Assembly (NCBI RefSeq): GCF_009914755.1
Contig: NC_060947.1
From: the human T2T-CHM13v2.0 reference genome, Homo sapiens
Strand: one strand, 5' to 3'
Length of the DNA: 64,000 nucleotides
In this document: positions 29,276-47,030 of the stretch, piece after piece
Layout of the letters: every line of letters begins with the position of its first letter
How positions within the stretch are numbered: position 1 is the stretch's first letter
Position numbers and translations under genes: made by a program
The notes under the pieces: model-generated
Databases searched by the model: none
Seen by the model: only the letters and a program-made list of their open reading frames with translations
Told to the model about the DNA's origin: nothing

Positions 29276-29949
29276 AAATACACCATTTGGCAAAAACTGA
29301 ATTTTCATGCACTCCCCTACATTTCCCAGCCAACTTTCTTGTTGTGTTGGGGTCATATGACTATTTCTGGCCAGTGTACAGAAGTGATATCTGCACTTCT
29401 AGGATAAGACACCTAAAAGCCCAAATATCTTCAAAATAATGTGTGCCCAGCAGAGTCCTGGGGTAGGTACCCTGAATGGGTGGTTGGATATCCTCGCGGG
29501 GGCGAGACTGGTGCAGTAGGATGATAGGGGAAGGACTGGGATGGCCTCTGAACCTGGAGCCTGGCATCAACCTTCCCTGTCTCTGACAGAGCAGTAAGCT
29601 GCAAAAGGGCTCACATGTGGGAGGTGATTTTAGTAAGTTTGATTTGGTGTGGAGAGGGGCAGGAGAATGATGCAGAAAGACTGGACTAGAGGGCCCAGAG
29701 GGGACCAAAATAACAAGTGTAGGCTGAGGCCAGATTGAAGAAAGGCCTTAAAGACAAGCTTTGGCAGGTTACACTTTCTCCTGGGGCATTAGACACGTAC
29801 ATAATGTCAATTTTTTTCATCGACTGATTTTAGTATCCATTAATTATTCTTCCCTTGTTTAATTATTACCATGTTTATTGTGCAAAAATAACTTTCTATT
29901 TCCATGATTCTTTCTCTTTCAGCTTTATTGAGGTACAGTTGACAAAAAT

Positions 29950-29955
<6 letters not shown>

Positions 29956-29999
<44 letters not shown>
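29956..29999. repeat. (TA)n microsatellite
   Basis: About 22 TA units. Confidence 0.95.
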
Positions 30000-30003
<4 letters not shown>

Positions 30004-33000
30004 GTACAACATGATGTTTTGTTTTGTTTTTGAGATAGTGTTTCACTCTGTCACCCAGGCAGGAGTACATTGGCGCGATCACAGCTCATTGCAGCCTCAA
30101 CCTCCCAAGCTCAAGCGATATACCTCATATAAACAGAATTACATGATATACCTCATAAACAGAATTATACAGTATTTGTCTTTCTGTAACTTGTTTATTT
30201 TACTTAGCATAATGTCTTCAAGGTTCATTCATGTTGTAGCATGTGGCTAATAAAAGTCCATTATTTTTCAAATCTGAATAATAAAACATTTTGTTTATCC
30301 ATTCATCTGTCAATAGATACTTTGAATTCTCCCACCTGTTAGCTATTGTGAATAGTATTGCTATGAACATGGGTGTGCAAACATGTCTTTGAGACCCCGA
30401 TTTCAATTCTTTTGGATATATACCCAGAAGTGGAAATACTGAAACATATGGTAGTTCTATTTTTTAGTTTTTGAGGAACAGCCATACTATTTTCCATAGT
30501 AGTTGCACAATTTTACAATCCCGCCAGCAGTGCACAAGGGTTCCAATTTCTCCGCATCCCCAGTGACACTTATTTTCTCTCTTTTGATAGCAGCCATCCT
30601 AATCGGTATGAGGTAATATCTAATTGTGTTTTTGATTTGCATTTGTCTGATGATCAGCAATGTTTAGCATCTTTCAATATGCTTGCTGGCCATTTGCATA
30701 TAATCTTTGGGGAAATGTCTGTCTTTTGTCCATTTTACAATTGGGTTACTTGTGTTTTTCTTTTAAGAAATAGGGTCTTGCTCTGTCACCCAGGCTGGAG
30801 TGCAGTAGTGCAATCGTAGCTCACTGCAGCCTCAACCTCCTGGGCTCCAGTGATACTCCCACCTCAGCCTCCTGAACAGTGAGGACTACAGGTGAACGCC
30901 ACCATGTCTGGCTAATTGATTTTTTTTTTTTTTTAGAAACAGGTTCTCACTATTTTGCCCAGGCTGGTCTTGAACTCCTCACCTCAAGTGATCCTCCCGC
31001 CTCTGCTGAGATAGGATAACAGGCATGAACCACCGTGCTAAGCAAGTTATTTAATTTTTTGTTGTGGAGAGTATTTTTTATATATTCTGCTTATTAATCC
31101 CTTATTAGGTATATACTTTGCAAATATCTTCTCCCATTCTGTATGTTGCCTTTTCACTGTGTTGACTTTGTCCTCTGATACACAAACGTATTTGTTTGAT
31201 GTAGTCCCATTTGTCTATTTTTTGCTTTTGGTGTCATAACCAGAAATTATTTGCCAAATCCAGTGTCATGAAGATTTTCTATCTTTACTTCTAGGAGTTT
31301 TTAAATTTTAGGTCTTACATTTAAATCTCCAAACTATTTTATTAATTTTTATGGTGTAAAAGGTCTATTTTACTTTTTTGCAGATGGATGTCCAGTTTTC
31401 CCAGCACCATGTGTTGAAGATTGTCATTTCCCCGTTGAGTAATCTTGGCACCCTTGTCAAAGATCATTTAACTACATATATGAGGGTTCATTTCTTGACT
31501 CACTATTCTATTTCATTGGTCTATATGTCTATGCCGGTACCATATATATATAATAAATATTATAATATAGAATATATATATACAATATATTATATACAAT
31601 ATATTATTATATATATATTATGGTTTTCAGTGTATAAGTCTTTTTGCTACCTTGGTTGGGTTTATTCCTAAGTATTGTATTCTTTTTCATTGTATTGAAA
31701 ATGGAATTGTTTTCTTAATTTTCTTTTTGAATTGTTCATTGTTACTGTATAAAATGCAATTTATTTTTGTGTGTTGATTTTAGTATCCTACAAGTTTCCT
31801 AGATTTGTTTATTAGTGCTAACAGTTTTTGTGTGTGGAATCTTTAGAGTTTTCAGCATATAAGAAAGATCATGTCATCTGTAAACAGAGATAATTTTACT
31901 TCTTCATTTCCAGTATGGATGCTTTTTACTTTTTCTTTTCCTTTTCCTGATTGTTCTGGATAGGACTTTAACACTATGTTGAATAGAAATGGCTGCAGTG
32001 GTCATCCTTGTCTTATTCCTTAACTTAAAGGAAAATACTTGGCTCATTAAATTAGTTTGGAAGTGTTTTCTATTCTTATATTATCTGTATCTTATATTGT
32101 GTGAAATCAATACTAATTGTTTAAATACTTGATTATATTCTCATGTGAAGCCACCTGGACCTGTAGGTTTCTTTTTATGGAGCATTGAAATTACAAATTA
32201 TTTTATTTAATAGTTATATACTTCTTTCATCTCAATTGAATTTTGTTATCTTGTAGTATTTAAGGAATTGGTTCATTTCTTCTAAGTTGTAGCTTTTATA
32301 AGCATTAAGTTATTTGTCATGTTCCCTATTATCCTTTTAATTCTTGCAGGGTGTGTAGTAATAGTCTTATTTCATTCTTGATATTGGTCATTTATATCTT
32401 TTCTGTTTTTATTTTTGTCAGCTTTACTGAAGTTTGATCAATTTTATTGATATTTTCAAAGAACCAGCTTTTGTTGCATTGATGTTCTGTATAATTTTCT
32501 TGTTTTCAATATTATTGTTTTCTATTCTCGTCTTTATTATTACTTTCCTTCTGCATGTTTTAGGTTCAATTTACTCTTCTTTTTCTAGTTACTTGGAATA
32601 GAAACTTAGATCATTGATTTTACGTCTTTCTTCTTTCTAATGTAAGCATGTAGTACTCTAAATTTCCATTTCATCTTTGCTTTATAGTATTCCACACATA
32701 TTGATATTTTTTGTTTTTATTCTCATTCTGTTCTATGTATTTTTAAAATTTTCTTAGAAACTTCTTTGATTCATGGATTATGTAGAAATATGTTGCTTAA
32801 TTCACAAGCATCTGTAGATTTTCTGTTGTTTTTCTGTTATTGATTACTATTTTCATTTCTTTATGGATAGAGAACATACTCCGTATGATGTCAATTGTTT
32901 TAATGTTGTTGAAGTTTTCCCCATAGTGTATCCTATTGAATGTTCCACTGGTGCTTGAAAAAATGTGTTTTCTGCTGTTGTTAGTTGGAGTGCTCTTTCT

Positions 33001-33363
33001 ATATATATGTGTCAATTATATCATATTGGTTGATTGCATTGCTCATTTCTTTTATGTCCTTCCAGATATACTGTTTAGTAGCTTTATCAATTGCTGGGAG
33101 TGCACTGTTGAAGTCCCCTAGTATAAATTTAAATGTGTCTATTTCTTCTTTCTGCTCTATCAGCTTTTCCTTCATATATTTTGAGGCTCTTTTGTTTGAT
33201 GCATACACATTTAGGATTGTAGTTTCTTGTAAATCGTTGTAAATCTCGGTGATTGACCTTTTATCATTACGCAGTGTCTCTCTGTCTCCAGTAATTTCCT
33301 TTGCTCTCAATTCTACTTTATTTGATATTAATATCAATACTCCTGCTTTCATTTTTGTTTTGA

Positions 33364-33486
<123 letters not shown>

Positions 33487-34733
33487 TAGTTTTTTTTTTT
33501 TTAATAGAAAAGGGGTTTCTCCATGTTGGCCAGGCTGCTCTTGAGATCCTGATCTCAAGTGATCCATTCGCCTTGGCCTCCCAAAGTGCTGGGATTACAG
33601 GCGTGAGCCATTGCGCCCGGCCCCTGCTTTCATTCGTTAATGTTTGCATTATACATCACTTTCCATCCTTCACTTTCATCCTACTATGTCTTTGTATTTT
33701 TATTTCTTTTTAAATTGATACATAATAGTTGTACATATTTTGGGGGTACATGTGATATTTTGATACCTGTATACAATGTGTAATAATTAAATCAGGGTAA
33801 TTGGGATATCTGTCACCAAACATTATGTTGTCTTTATGTTGGGAGCATTGTGATTCTTCTAGCTATTTTGAAATATACAATAAATTATTGTTAACTACAG
33901 CTTCTCTACTGTACTATTGAATACTATAACTTATTCCTTCTATCTAACTGTATTTTTGTACCCCTAAAACAATTTCGCTTCATTGCCCCCTTACCTTTTC
34001 TGGCCTCTGGTAATTACGGTTCTACTCTCTGCTTCCATGAGATTCACTTTTTAAGCTCCCATTAAATGGGCATGGGAACATGCAGTATTCACTCTTAAAT
34101 GAATGAGAACATGCAGCATTTGTCTTTCTGTGCCCGGCTTATTTCACTTGAGGTAATGACCTCCAGTTCCATCTATGTTGCTGCAAATGATAAGATTTAA
34201 TACTTTTTTATGGGTGAATAATATTTCATTGTATACATGTACCACATTTTCTTTATCCATTTATCTGTTGATGGACACTGAAGTTGATTCCATGTCTTGG
34301 TTATTGTGAATTGTACCATGATAAACCTGGGAGTTCAGATATCTCTTAAGTATACTTATTTCCTTTCTCTTGGATATATACCCTGCAGTGGAATTTCTGA
34401 GTCATATGGAAGTTCTGTTTTTAGTTTTCTGAGGAACTTTTCTATAGTGGCTGTACAAATTTACCTTCTCAGCAACACTGTACCAGTTTTCCCCTTACTC
34501 TGCATTCTTACCAGCATTTGTTATTCTTGTCTTTTTTATAATAGCCATTTTAACTGGAGTGAGATGATATCTCATTGTGATTTTGATTTGCATTTTCCTA
34601 GTGATTGGGTATTTTCTCTATATCCATTGGTCATTTGTTTGTCTTCTTTTGAGAAATGTCTATTCAGATCTTTTACCCATTTTAAAATTGGATTATTTGT
34701 TTTTTTTTTGCTATGAGTTGTTTGAGTTACCCA

Positions 34734-35080
34734 TTGTATTAGTTCGTTTTCATGCTACTGATAAAGACATAACCAAAACTGGGAACAAAAAGAGGATTAA
34801 TTGGATTTACAGTTCCACATGGCTGGGGAAGCCTCAGAATCATGGTGGGAGGTGAAAGGCACTTCTTATATGTTGGCAGCAAGAGAAAATGAGGAAGAAA
34901 CAACCTTTGATAAACCCATCAGATCTCGTGAGACTTATTCACTATCACGAGAATAGCACTGGAGAGACCAGCTCCCATGATTCAATCACCTCTCCTTGGG
35001 TCCCTCCCATAACACATGAGCATTCTGGGAGATGCAATTCAAGTTGAGATTTGGTGGCGGGACACAGCCAAACCATATCA
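34734..35080. mobile_element. THE1-type MaLR solo LTR nested in L1
   Basis: tgtattagttcgttttcatgctactgataaagacata...gggacacagccaaaccatatca. Confidence 0.9.
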
Positions 35081-35963
35081 CCTATATATTCTGGTTATTA
35101 ATCCCTTGTCAGATGAATAGTTTCCAAATATTTTTTCCATTATTCAGGTTGTATCTTCACTTTGTTGATGGTTTCCTCTGTTGTGCAAAAGGTGTTTATC
35201 TTGATGTAATCTTATTTGTCTATTTTTACTTTTGCTGCCTATGCTTTTGAGGTCTTAAAAAAATCTTTGACTAGACCAACAGTCTAAAATGTTCCCCCAA
35301 TGTTTTCTTTTAGTAGTTTTATAGTTTTAGGTCTTAGATTTAAGTATTTAATCCATTTTGAGTTGGTTTGTGTATATGGTGAGAGATAGGGGTCTAGTTT
35401 TGTTCTTATACATAGACACATCAAGTTTTCCCAGCATCAATTATTGAAGTGCCTGTCCTTTCTGTAATGTGTATTTTGGTTCCTTTGTCATTTAGGTCTT
35501 TTTATCCATTTTGAGTTGAGTTTTGTGTATGGTGTAAGATAACAGTCCAAGTTCATTTTTTTCCTCGTGGAAACCCAGTTTTCCCAGCACCATTTGTTGA
35601 AGAGACTATCTTTTCCCCCATTGTGTTCTCTTGGTGCCCTTATCTACAATTAGTTGACCGTATATGTGTGGATTTATTTTGGGACTCTCTATTTTGTTCC
35701 ACTGTTTTGTATGTGTTTGTTTATGACACTACCATACTGTTTTGATTACTGTAGCTTTGTAATATAATTTTAAATAAGGAAGTGTGATCCCTCCAACTTT
35801 ATTTTTCTTCCTCAGAATTCCTTTGGCTATTCAGTGTCTTTGTGATTCCACACAAATTTTAGGATTATTTTTCCTATTGCTGGGAGGAATGCCATGGCAA
35901 TTTTGATAGAGAGTGTATTGAATTTGTATATTGTTTTAGGTAGCATGGGCATTTTAACAATAT

Positions 35964-36050
35964 TATCAGGTTAGTGCAAAACTATTTGTGGTTTTTACTG
36001 TAACCAAAAGAAATGGCAAAACCCACAATTACTTTTGCAGCAACCTAATA
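35964..36050. mobile_element. MADE-type mariner MITE
   Basis: Terminal inverted repeats tatcaggttagtgcaaaa...ttttgcagcaacctaata. Confidence 0.8.
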
Positions 36051-36364
36051 GTTCTTCCATTTCATGAGAATGGACTATCATTCCATTTATTTGTATCTTC
36101 TTCAATTACTCTCCTCAATGTTTTATAGTTTTCCATGTGCAGGTCTTTCATCTCCTTGGTTAAATTTACTCTTAAATGTTTTTTAATGCTACCATAAATG
36201 GGATTGTTTTGTATCCTGCAATTTTCCTGAATTGATTTATTAGTTCTAACAGTTTTTTTGTGTGGAATCTTTGAGGTTTTCTATATATAGGATTATGTCA
36301 TCTGCAAATGGAGATAATTTTACTTTTCTTCTTTCCAACTTGGATACCTTGTATTTCTTTTTTA

Positions 36365-37745
36365 GCAGAAGTAAGTAATAATGATCAGAACAGAAGTAAA
36401 TCAAATAGAGAATAGAAAAACAATAAGAAAAAATCAATAAAACTGAGTGATTTTTTTCAAAAAAAGCTAGACTAAGAAGAAAAGGCAGAAGAGTCAAATC
36501 AATAAAATCAGAAATGAAAGGGGTCATAAGGGGCTATTATGAACAATACACCTGCAGACTGGATAATTTAGATAAAATGGACAAATTCCTGAAAAAATAC
36601 AACCTACCAAGGTTGAATCAGGAAGAAATAGAAAGTCTGAACAGAACAATAACAAATAGATTGAAGTGGTATAATAACTTAAAAGCTCCCAGCAAAAAAA
36701 AGCCCAGGAACAGATAACTTTATCGTTGAATTCTGCAAAACATTCAAAGAAGAATTAATACAAATACTTCTTCAACTCTTCCAAAAACTAGAGCTAGAGG
36801 GACTATTTCCAAACATATTTTATGAGGCCAGCATCACCATGATACCTAAGCCAGACAAAGACACCATAAAAAAAGAAAACTTCAGGCCAATATCTCTGAT
36901 AAACATTGATACAAAAATTTTCTATAAAATATTAGCAAACCCAAGTTCAACAACACATCAAAAAGATTATACATCATGACTGCTATGATTTGAATGTCTT
37001 CTCCAAAACTCATGTTGAAACTCAATCCCCAGTGTGACAATATTGAGAAGTAGAGCCTTTAAGAGGTGAATAGGTAATGAGATCTCTGCCTTCATGAATG
37101 GATTAATCCATTTATAGATTAATGGATTAATGAGTTAATGGACTAATGGGTTATCATGGGAATGGAACTGGTGGCTTTATAAGAAGAGAAAGAGACTCAA
37201 GCATGCTCTGCCACCTCACCATGTAATGCCCTGAGCCGCCTCGGGACTCTGCAGTGTCCCCAGCAGCAAGAGGGTTCTTACCATTTGTAGTCCCTTGACC
37301 TTGGACTTCTCAGCATCCATAAATATAAGAATAAATTCCTTTTTAAAATAAAGTACCCTCTTTTGGATATTCTGTTATAAGCAACAGAAAAGACTAAGAT
37401 AATGGCCAAATGGAATTTATCCTTGGCATGCAAGCCTGTTTTAAAGTATGCATATGAATCAATGTGATACATTAACAGAATGAAAGATAAAAAGCACACA
37501 AAAATCATCTCAATTTACACAGAAAAAGCATTTGACAAAGTTCAACATCCTTCCTTGATAAAAATGCTGAACAGTTTAAGTATAAAAGGAAAGTTTCTCA
37601 GCAAAATAAAGGTCATTTATGAAAAACCCACAATTAATATCATAATCAATGGGGAAAAATGAAAAACTTTTCCTGTAAGATCCAGTGCAAGGTAAAGATT
37701 CCCACTCTCTCCACTTCTATTCAATATAGTACAGGAAGTACTATG
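36365..37745 (+). mobile_element. Sense L1 ORF2 fragment with a nested MST-type LTR (~36981-37401)
   Basis: [29 protein letters not shown]; LTR tgctatgatttgaatgtc...agcaacagaaaagactaagata. Confidence 0.85.
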
Positions 37746-40587
37746 ATGTAAATTTCTTGTAGATAGTATACATTGGATTTTTTGAAAATTCATACTGCCA
37801 ATCTGTTTTTTTGCCAAGTATTTAAAAAAATTTTTTTATAATTAACACATAATAATTATACATGTTTATGGGGTACACTGTGATGTTTCAATACATGTAT
37901 ACATTGTATAATGGTAACATATATTGAAACATGTACACATTGGGTATACATGTATACATGTTTGGGTAATTCACAGATCCATCACCTTAAACATCTATCA
38001 TTTCTTGGTGATCTAATCTCTTTTTAATTGGTATATTTAAACCATTTTTATTTACAATAACTGTCCCTATTTTAAGGCTTAAGTATGCCATTTTGTTTTC
38101 TGTGCATCCCTCTGTTTTTTGTTTCTCTCTGTCTCTGTCTCTCTCTCTCTCTGCTCCCTATAGGTTATATGAACATTTGTTAGGATTCCACTTAGAGTGA
38201 AGTGTAGAAACATTACTTTTGATGTGTTTTTGATCCTGTGTTAACACTGCTTAATTCTTGGTGTTTCAATTTGGTATAATATATTGCTTTTGCCTTTATA
38301 TTTTCGTATAGTGCTTGATTTTTATAAAGCAATGAATATATAATAAATTTGTGAAGTCACTATCCTTCTATTATATTTGTAAATGTAGCTATATATTGTC
38401 AAGGAAAAAATGTGGCTGATTTACACTGTTATTAAAACTTGAAAATCCTCAGTATTTATAGTTTTTAGACTTGACACACTTGAGATTTGAGCAGCAAAAT
38501 CCTTTTTTACACATGACCTAATTTTTTCTATGATCATATCAGTTTCTACCCAAGCATTAGTGATTTAGGTCACTCGGATGGGGGCAGGTTTCTCTTACAA
38601 CTCATCTCCAGCTCAAGAAAAGCCTCTTTCTCTCAAGCTTCTTCCTCACTACTCCCTTAGAGGAAGGAAGACCAATGTGATAGGTCAAATTCTGGAGCAC
38701 TGTAAGGAGTACCACTGTGCATTGCTAAGTGACACCCATACATGTAAGACACATCTAAGCTCTTCTCTTTCTTATGATACTGAAGTGATGAGATAAGCTG
38801 GTGCTGACTGTGAAAGCTGGGCATTGACACACTGGCCTCTCTTTCTTCTCACTGGAGATTTTGGGCTCTGTCATTCCTGCCTACTAGGGGTCAGCTGATG
38901 ATAAGATTTCTGTAGAATAAAAGAGGCAAAGAGACCCTGCTTCATTCTTGTGCCTAAACCTGTGCTTCAATTCAAGTTGACCTGAGGGCTCTGCACTGAG
39001 GGGTCATGGGAACTGGCCCAGTGAATGATATTTCAGGTCCTTGTGTGCATGTCTTTTTCAAGGAAAGCCCTAAGAGGGGGCAATAAAGCAGTGTAACATA
39101 GGAGTAGGGTGTTCTTGTATCCTCTGAACAAATGCTAACCTCACACTGTCAGATTCTTACCAGTAATGCCACATAATTGGATAACTCTCGTTCTACTGCA
39201 GGTGGTGCAGATGGCGACCCAAATGTCATAATCCACATTGAAATGTCACACATACCCACTCAAATAGACATGCCCTCAGGTGTTGCCATGCCCCCATCCA
39301 GATGTCAGCACTAGGTATTTGCAGATATGATTGGTGGACTTCATGTATGAAAAGACAAGGGTAACTTTCTGTAGTTATTAGTAGTTTCAATCATTTGCAG
39401 AGTCATTATTCCCTCCCTGTTCTCCTTTTTGTTTCTTCCCCATTTATTCTTTAGGGTGTTCTATGATACTTAGCCTTATTGGCACCTGCTTTCATTTCCT
39501 GAATTCGTATCAGGATGTCACCCGTACCCTGCCTTCTTAGAATTCATGGTGATGCAATACAGGCAACTTAAATAAAAAGACTGATGGGAGGCCTCTTGAA
39601 CTCTGTTAGTTTCCCTACTCTTTACTTTTCTTTTTATGTTTCATGCACCATCCTCAGGTGCTGTGAAACCAGTTCCTGGTTTTTAATCTAGTCTCACAGT
39701 AAGCAGGTTGTCCTCATTTAGCTACCATTTTACTTCTCAATAATTTAACTTTGACATTAAATTGTCCAAACTGACAAACACATCCCAGGTGAACTTGCTG
39801 TTTTTTTGCCACTTCTCAGTTGTCTTAATTACAGTTAGAATTGGACAATTAAGTTCATCTTTAGTAACTGCACACACATATTTAACTAATTGTTGTCTTT
39901 CCTTGCACATAATTCTATTCTATGTACCTCATATTATTTGATTTCTTTGAAAGAGAGAGCACATATCGCTCTTGTGTTTTTAAGAAGTAACTTTCAGCTC
40001 TCAGTAAGTTATGTATTTGAAATTTTGTCCTGCAGCATTGCTACCACTTTCCAATATACATTTTCTCTTGTACACAAACCTCACACAGGCTCATGTCAAA
40101 TATTTATATAAGCATAGTCAAAACAGGGTGAATAAATTTCTCTTTGGTGGTCAGTTTCCAATTACACCTTCACATGACAGGTAGAGCCTGCTTTAGAGTC
40201 TCTATAATCAATCCTCAACTGTCTGTTACACAACAGTTTCTCCACCATTGGAAAATCAATTCTCTGTTCCCATAGGCTTTGGTAGAGTTACATTCCTCTG
40301 CCATCTCGAAACAAATCCATTTGTGAGATCATACTCATATCACATGGTACCATCACACAAGTTGAGCCCCAGCGGAATGGTAATAAAGTAAGTATTCCTA
40401 ATACATGCTCATGAAAGGGGACTGGAATCACCCTATGACAAAGTTAAGATTGGTGCAGTAAAGTGGTCTCAGGATGGGAGGCACTTTTCCATTTCAGTTT
40501 CTCTGAATACTGAAAGTCTTGACAAAAAGACTTTATCAGCTTGTATTAACAATACCAGCTCATGAGGAATTAAAAAATTTAATACCA

Positions 40588-40949
<362 letters not shown>

Positions 40950-41438
40950 TCATAGTTGGTAATATTTATTTGTGTCAGGGGAATAACATTTTCATGGCTC
41001 CTGAATTTAAGTTTCCTATTTAGTAGGTTTATTTTTATCTAATGAATTTAAAATACCAGCATGAGTATTTTGCTAAGAGAGAGGATTAGATAACACCCTA
41101 GTGTCCCAGAAAAGGGTATGGATACTTCACCACAAAATATTCAAAATATTCCCAAGAGAAACTTTTTAGTTTATGCTATTCACTATGTGAAAGAAGAGGC
41201 ATCCACCACTCTTGTTCATTCCCTAAAGTGCTGGTAGTATTTGCTTTGTAACAACATACCCCTGTTAAAATTCTTTTGACTATCACCTATAGGATAAACA
41301 TAGAACTCTGTGTCATGTGCCTTTAAGATTTTCTATGTTTTGACTAAACTTCCTTAGCAGGCCCATTTTTCTCCCTCTTCTCCCGAGAGTCACCACCCAC
41401 TCTTACCCAGCACCTTCATTAGCATAGAGCTCTCTGTC

Positions 41439-44064
41439 CTTTTTTCTTTTTTCTTTTTTCATACTTTGCATGGGAATAACTAAAACCTTTATTAGATATG
41501 ATTTTCCATTAACAATAATGTGAAAATTACAATTATGAATTCAAAAGGCAGTGAAGTCTGAACATTTAAAAAGAAGACTAGGTGTTAGGGAACAAAAGGT
41601 AAAGGAAGGTGAGAATGTTTCTTTTATACTATTCATTATCTCCCCTCTGTACACAGTGTTGCATATATACAACCACTTCATTTTTACTGACTTTATATAA
41701 TAGTGAAATCCCCTTAAGCAACCTAGGGTATACAGTTGGGGTCCAACTTTCAGGGGGTTGGGGGTGGGGAGTAGAAACACACTTGATTAACAGTTTTCAC
41801 CCACACATTTTAGACAATTTTTTTCTTTTTTTGCCAAGATTTTAGTAGTAAGTTCACAAATATAGGAAATACTTTCACTTCTTCAGTGTTAAAATGGAAA
41901 ACCAAACAGTGCTGACAGTAGTGGCTTAATTATTGGTATACAAGAAAAACACAACACCAATGGGTTTTCTTAATTATGCATTTTAAATATCAGTATGTGC
42001 ATTTGTTTTTACAGTTATAAATTTTCTCATCTGTTTTAGACAACAGCTTGTAATAGTTTTGAATCCATTAAGATGTTGCTTTCAATTTGAAATATTTTGT
42101 GTATACACGTATATAAAAAATAACCCAAAGTATGACTCATCTGACAGATGTTTAAGATCAATAAAGGCTTATTTTTCAACATGCAGTTAGGAAGAGAGGG
42201 AAGCAAGCCAACCTCTCTACACTGTCTTTTTGCTGGCTTGTTTTTGCAGTGGTATCAATAGTGGTTTTTGAAGGGAGCCGTGTGCCGTCAGCCTATCTAG
42301 TTAAGATTAGATACCACAATCAACAAGAGGAGTAGAAGAGATGGGGAAGGGGGAGTAGGTAAGTGTTAGATATCAATTTTTTTTAAGTGTGCATTTTGTA
42401 CTCTTCTAGGTATGGGATTAAAAGCAGGCCAGTGAGGAAAAAAATGTTTTAATTAGGAAAAAACTGCAATCAATCAAATCAAGACATAATAGCCGAACTA
42501 AGTTCTTTTAATAGACTGCATATATAGATGTTTAGCCATACTCTTAGATGAACTTTTTAAGAGTAGAACTTTATATCCAATTTACATGCTCTAGATACCA
42601 CCTTTCTTATTTTTTATAGTAAGGTCTGGTATTAAAATACCCACTTGTACACTGACAGCTTTAAGAAAAACAGGACACAGAGTGAGTCGTCATTTTTAGC
42701 AGCAATGAAATACCACTAACCCATTTTTACATACCAAATTCAAGTCACTATCAGAGGTGAGTGTCACACAGTCACCAGGTATAAAATTGCTAGTTCATTT
42801 TTAAATTAATAACTTGAAATTACCCATGCCTCCCCACCCCATTACATCTTTTTATAAACAGAAAACATTTTGCTATTTTATACATAGGCTAGCAGCCTTG
42901 TTTTAATATGAAAGTGCTAATTCATTTACAGATTTGTATAATCAGTTATGTAGTGCTACAGTAAGTGTCCAATAATCTACATAGGAACAACGATGAATGA
43001 AAATGATGAAGATTGAATAAGGCTATCAGATTACCTTATTTTATGTACATATAAAGAATAGACACCCAATGGCGAGGAAGAGATAGAAATTGGACAAATA
43101 CCCACGGGTGTAAACATTACATCTACTTTTGAGCTTTATACTGTAAATGAAACATTTTAAATAGTCCTGTAGCCCATGCCTATTTTTTCCTCAGAAAAAG
43201 AAAAGCTGCCTTCATGACATCCCCTCTTGTTTCAGATTTCCACAGTGTCACTTTAAAGCTTCAGAGTCAGGATCTTACTTTCTTCAAAAAATAAAGAAAA
43301 TATGCCCCCTAAGGTACCTAAGGTAAGATCTCCCCACCCCCCAAATCCCGCTGGTTTCTTTTCCAGTGCCAGGTTGCATGATCAGGTCCCATCTCCTGGG
43401 GTTGTTGGTGTTTGTTTGTTTGTTTGTTTGTTTTTTCCATCTATTGATCATTAGTTTAGAATAGATAACATGAACCAGTTCTGGAGCCACTACTAGGAGG
43501 AACGCAAGCTCTTCACTGCAATCACACAGCAGGAAAGAAAGAGATAACTCAATTCTTCCGTGGTGCTGGGCCTCCAAAATTCAAAGAACTTGGCACAACT
43601 GAAGCACTAAATTTGTATCCTCCATGCTTCTCAATCATTTTGGACTTATGGGCTGCTCTTCTTTGATTGGCCAGAGTTGCTATGTCTTGTAACTGTTTTC
43701 TTTGTTCTTCATTAAGACTGTGTGAGTCAGAGCCTGATACCACACAGGATTACGATTTTGAATAGTTTGAAAGATAGCTTTAAATATCTGATACTCATCA
43801 ACAGGGTTATCTTCATCATCAATGATTGTGGAATAGCTTTCCAGAGCAGTCTCTTCAGCATCACCTTCTTCCCAATCTTCATCACCTCCATCTTCACCTG
43901 CCTGCTTAGCCAGAATCTCCAAATATTCTTGCTCATCTTCATCAATATAATCTTCATCACTCCCCAGTTCCTCGGTTTCATCATCATCTTCAGCTTCATC
44001 ATCATCATCACTGTCATTCCCGTGTTCTGCATGGCAGGCATATGCTCTTTTAAATCCGTTAAAT
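41439..44064 (-). pseudogene. IPO7P1: Importin-7 processed pseudogene (5'-truncated: C-terminal ~170 codons plus ~2.1-kb 3' UTR and poly-A)
   Basis: [35 protein letters not shown]...[12 protein letters not shown], frameshift near 43720, then [30 protein letters not shown]; intronless; minus-strand AATAAA (tttatt 41488-41493) and T tract 41439-41459. Confidence 0.9.
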
Positions 44065-44649
44065 CTACTGAACAAGAGCATAGAAGATCTTGAATATTTA
44101 TTTCTGATTGAGGACAGACTGATCAGACTGGTCAGAAAGAAGCTGGATAAAATGATCCTTTAGAACTGGCAGAAAATGTTGCATTGCCTCCTAGTCTGGT
44201 CTGTCTGTTCTAAGGTGAATTTACCTTGGTCCTGCAGTGTTGACACCGTGTTTCCAATCTTTTGTATTTCCTTAGGGCTCCTCAACCCTCTGTGAAAGGT
44301 GTGGAGGTACAAAGAAATGTTAAGTCAAGTCGCCAGGCAGGTGATATCAGTTCCCTGCAGAACAATGTGTGTAATAGCTGATGGGTGAGTCCCCTTCCCC
44401 ATCCCTTTCCCTCTCTGCATCTGCCTCCTGGATAATCTAAGCTACTTTCTTATCTCCTAATTGGATGACAACAGGGGGGCCAGGGTTGCCTCAGGGATAA
44501 TAGAGGCCCTTGGTTTTGGTGGCCTATTGTTGTGCATCTGGAAAGCACTAATGCTTAGGTTTTTAGTCCTAGTACCAAGTCAGAAAAACATGAAAGAGGA
44601 GGAAGGAGGATTTAGATTTAGCAATCAAGAGCTAGAATAGAATTTTTAC

Positions 44650-47030
<2,381 letters not shown>

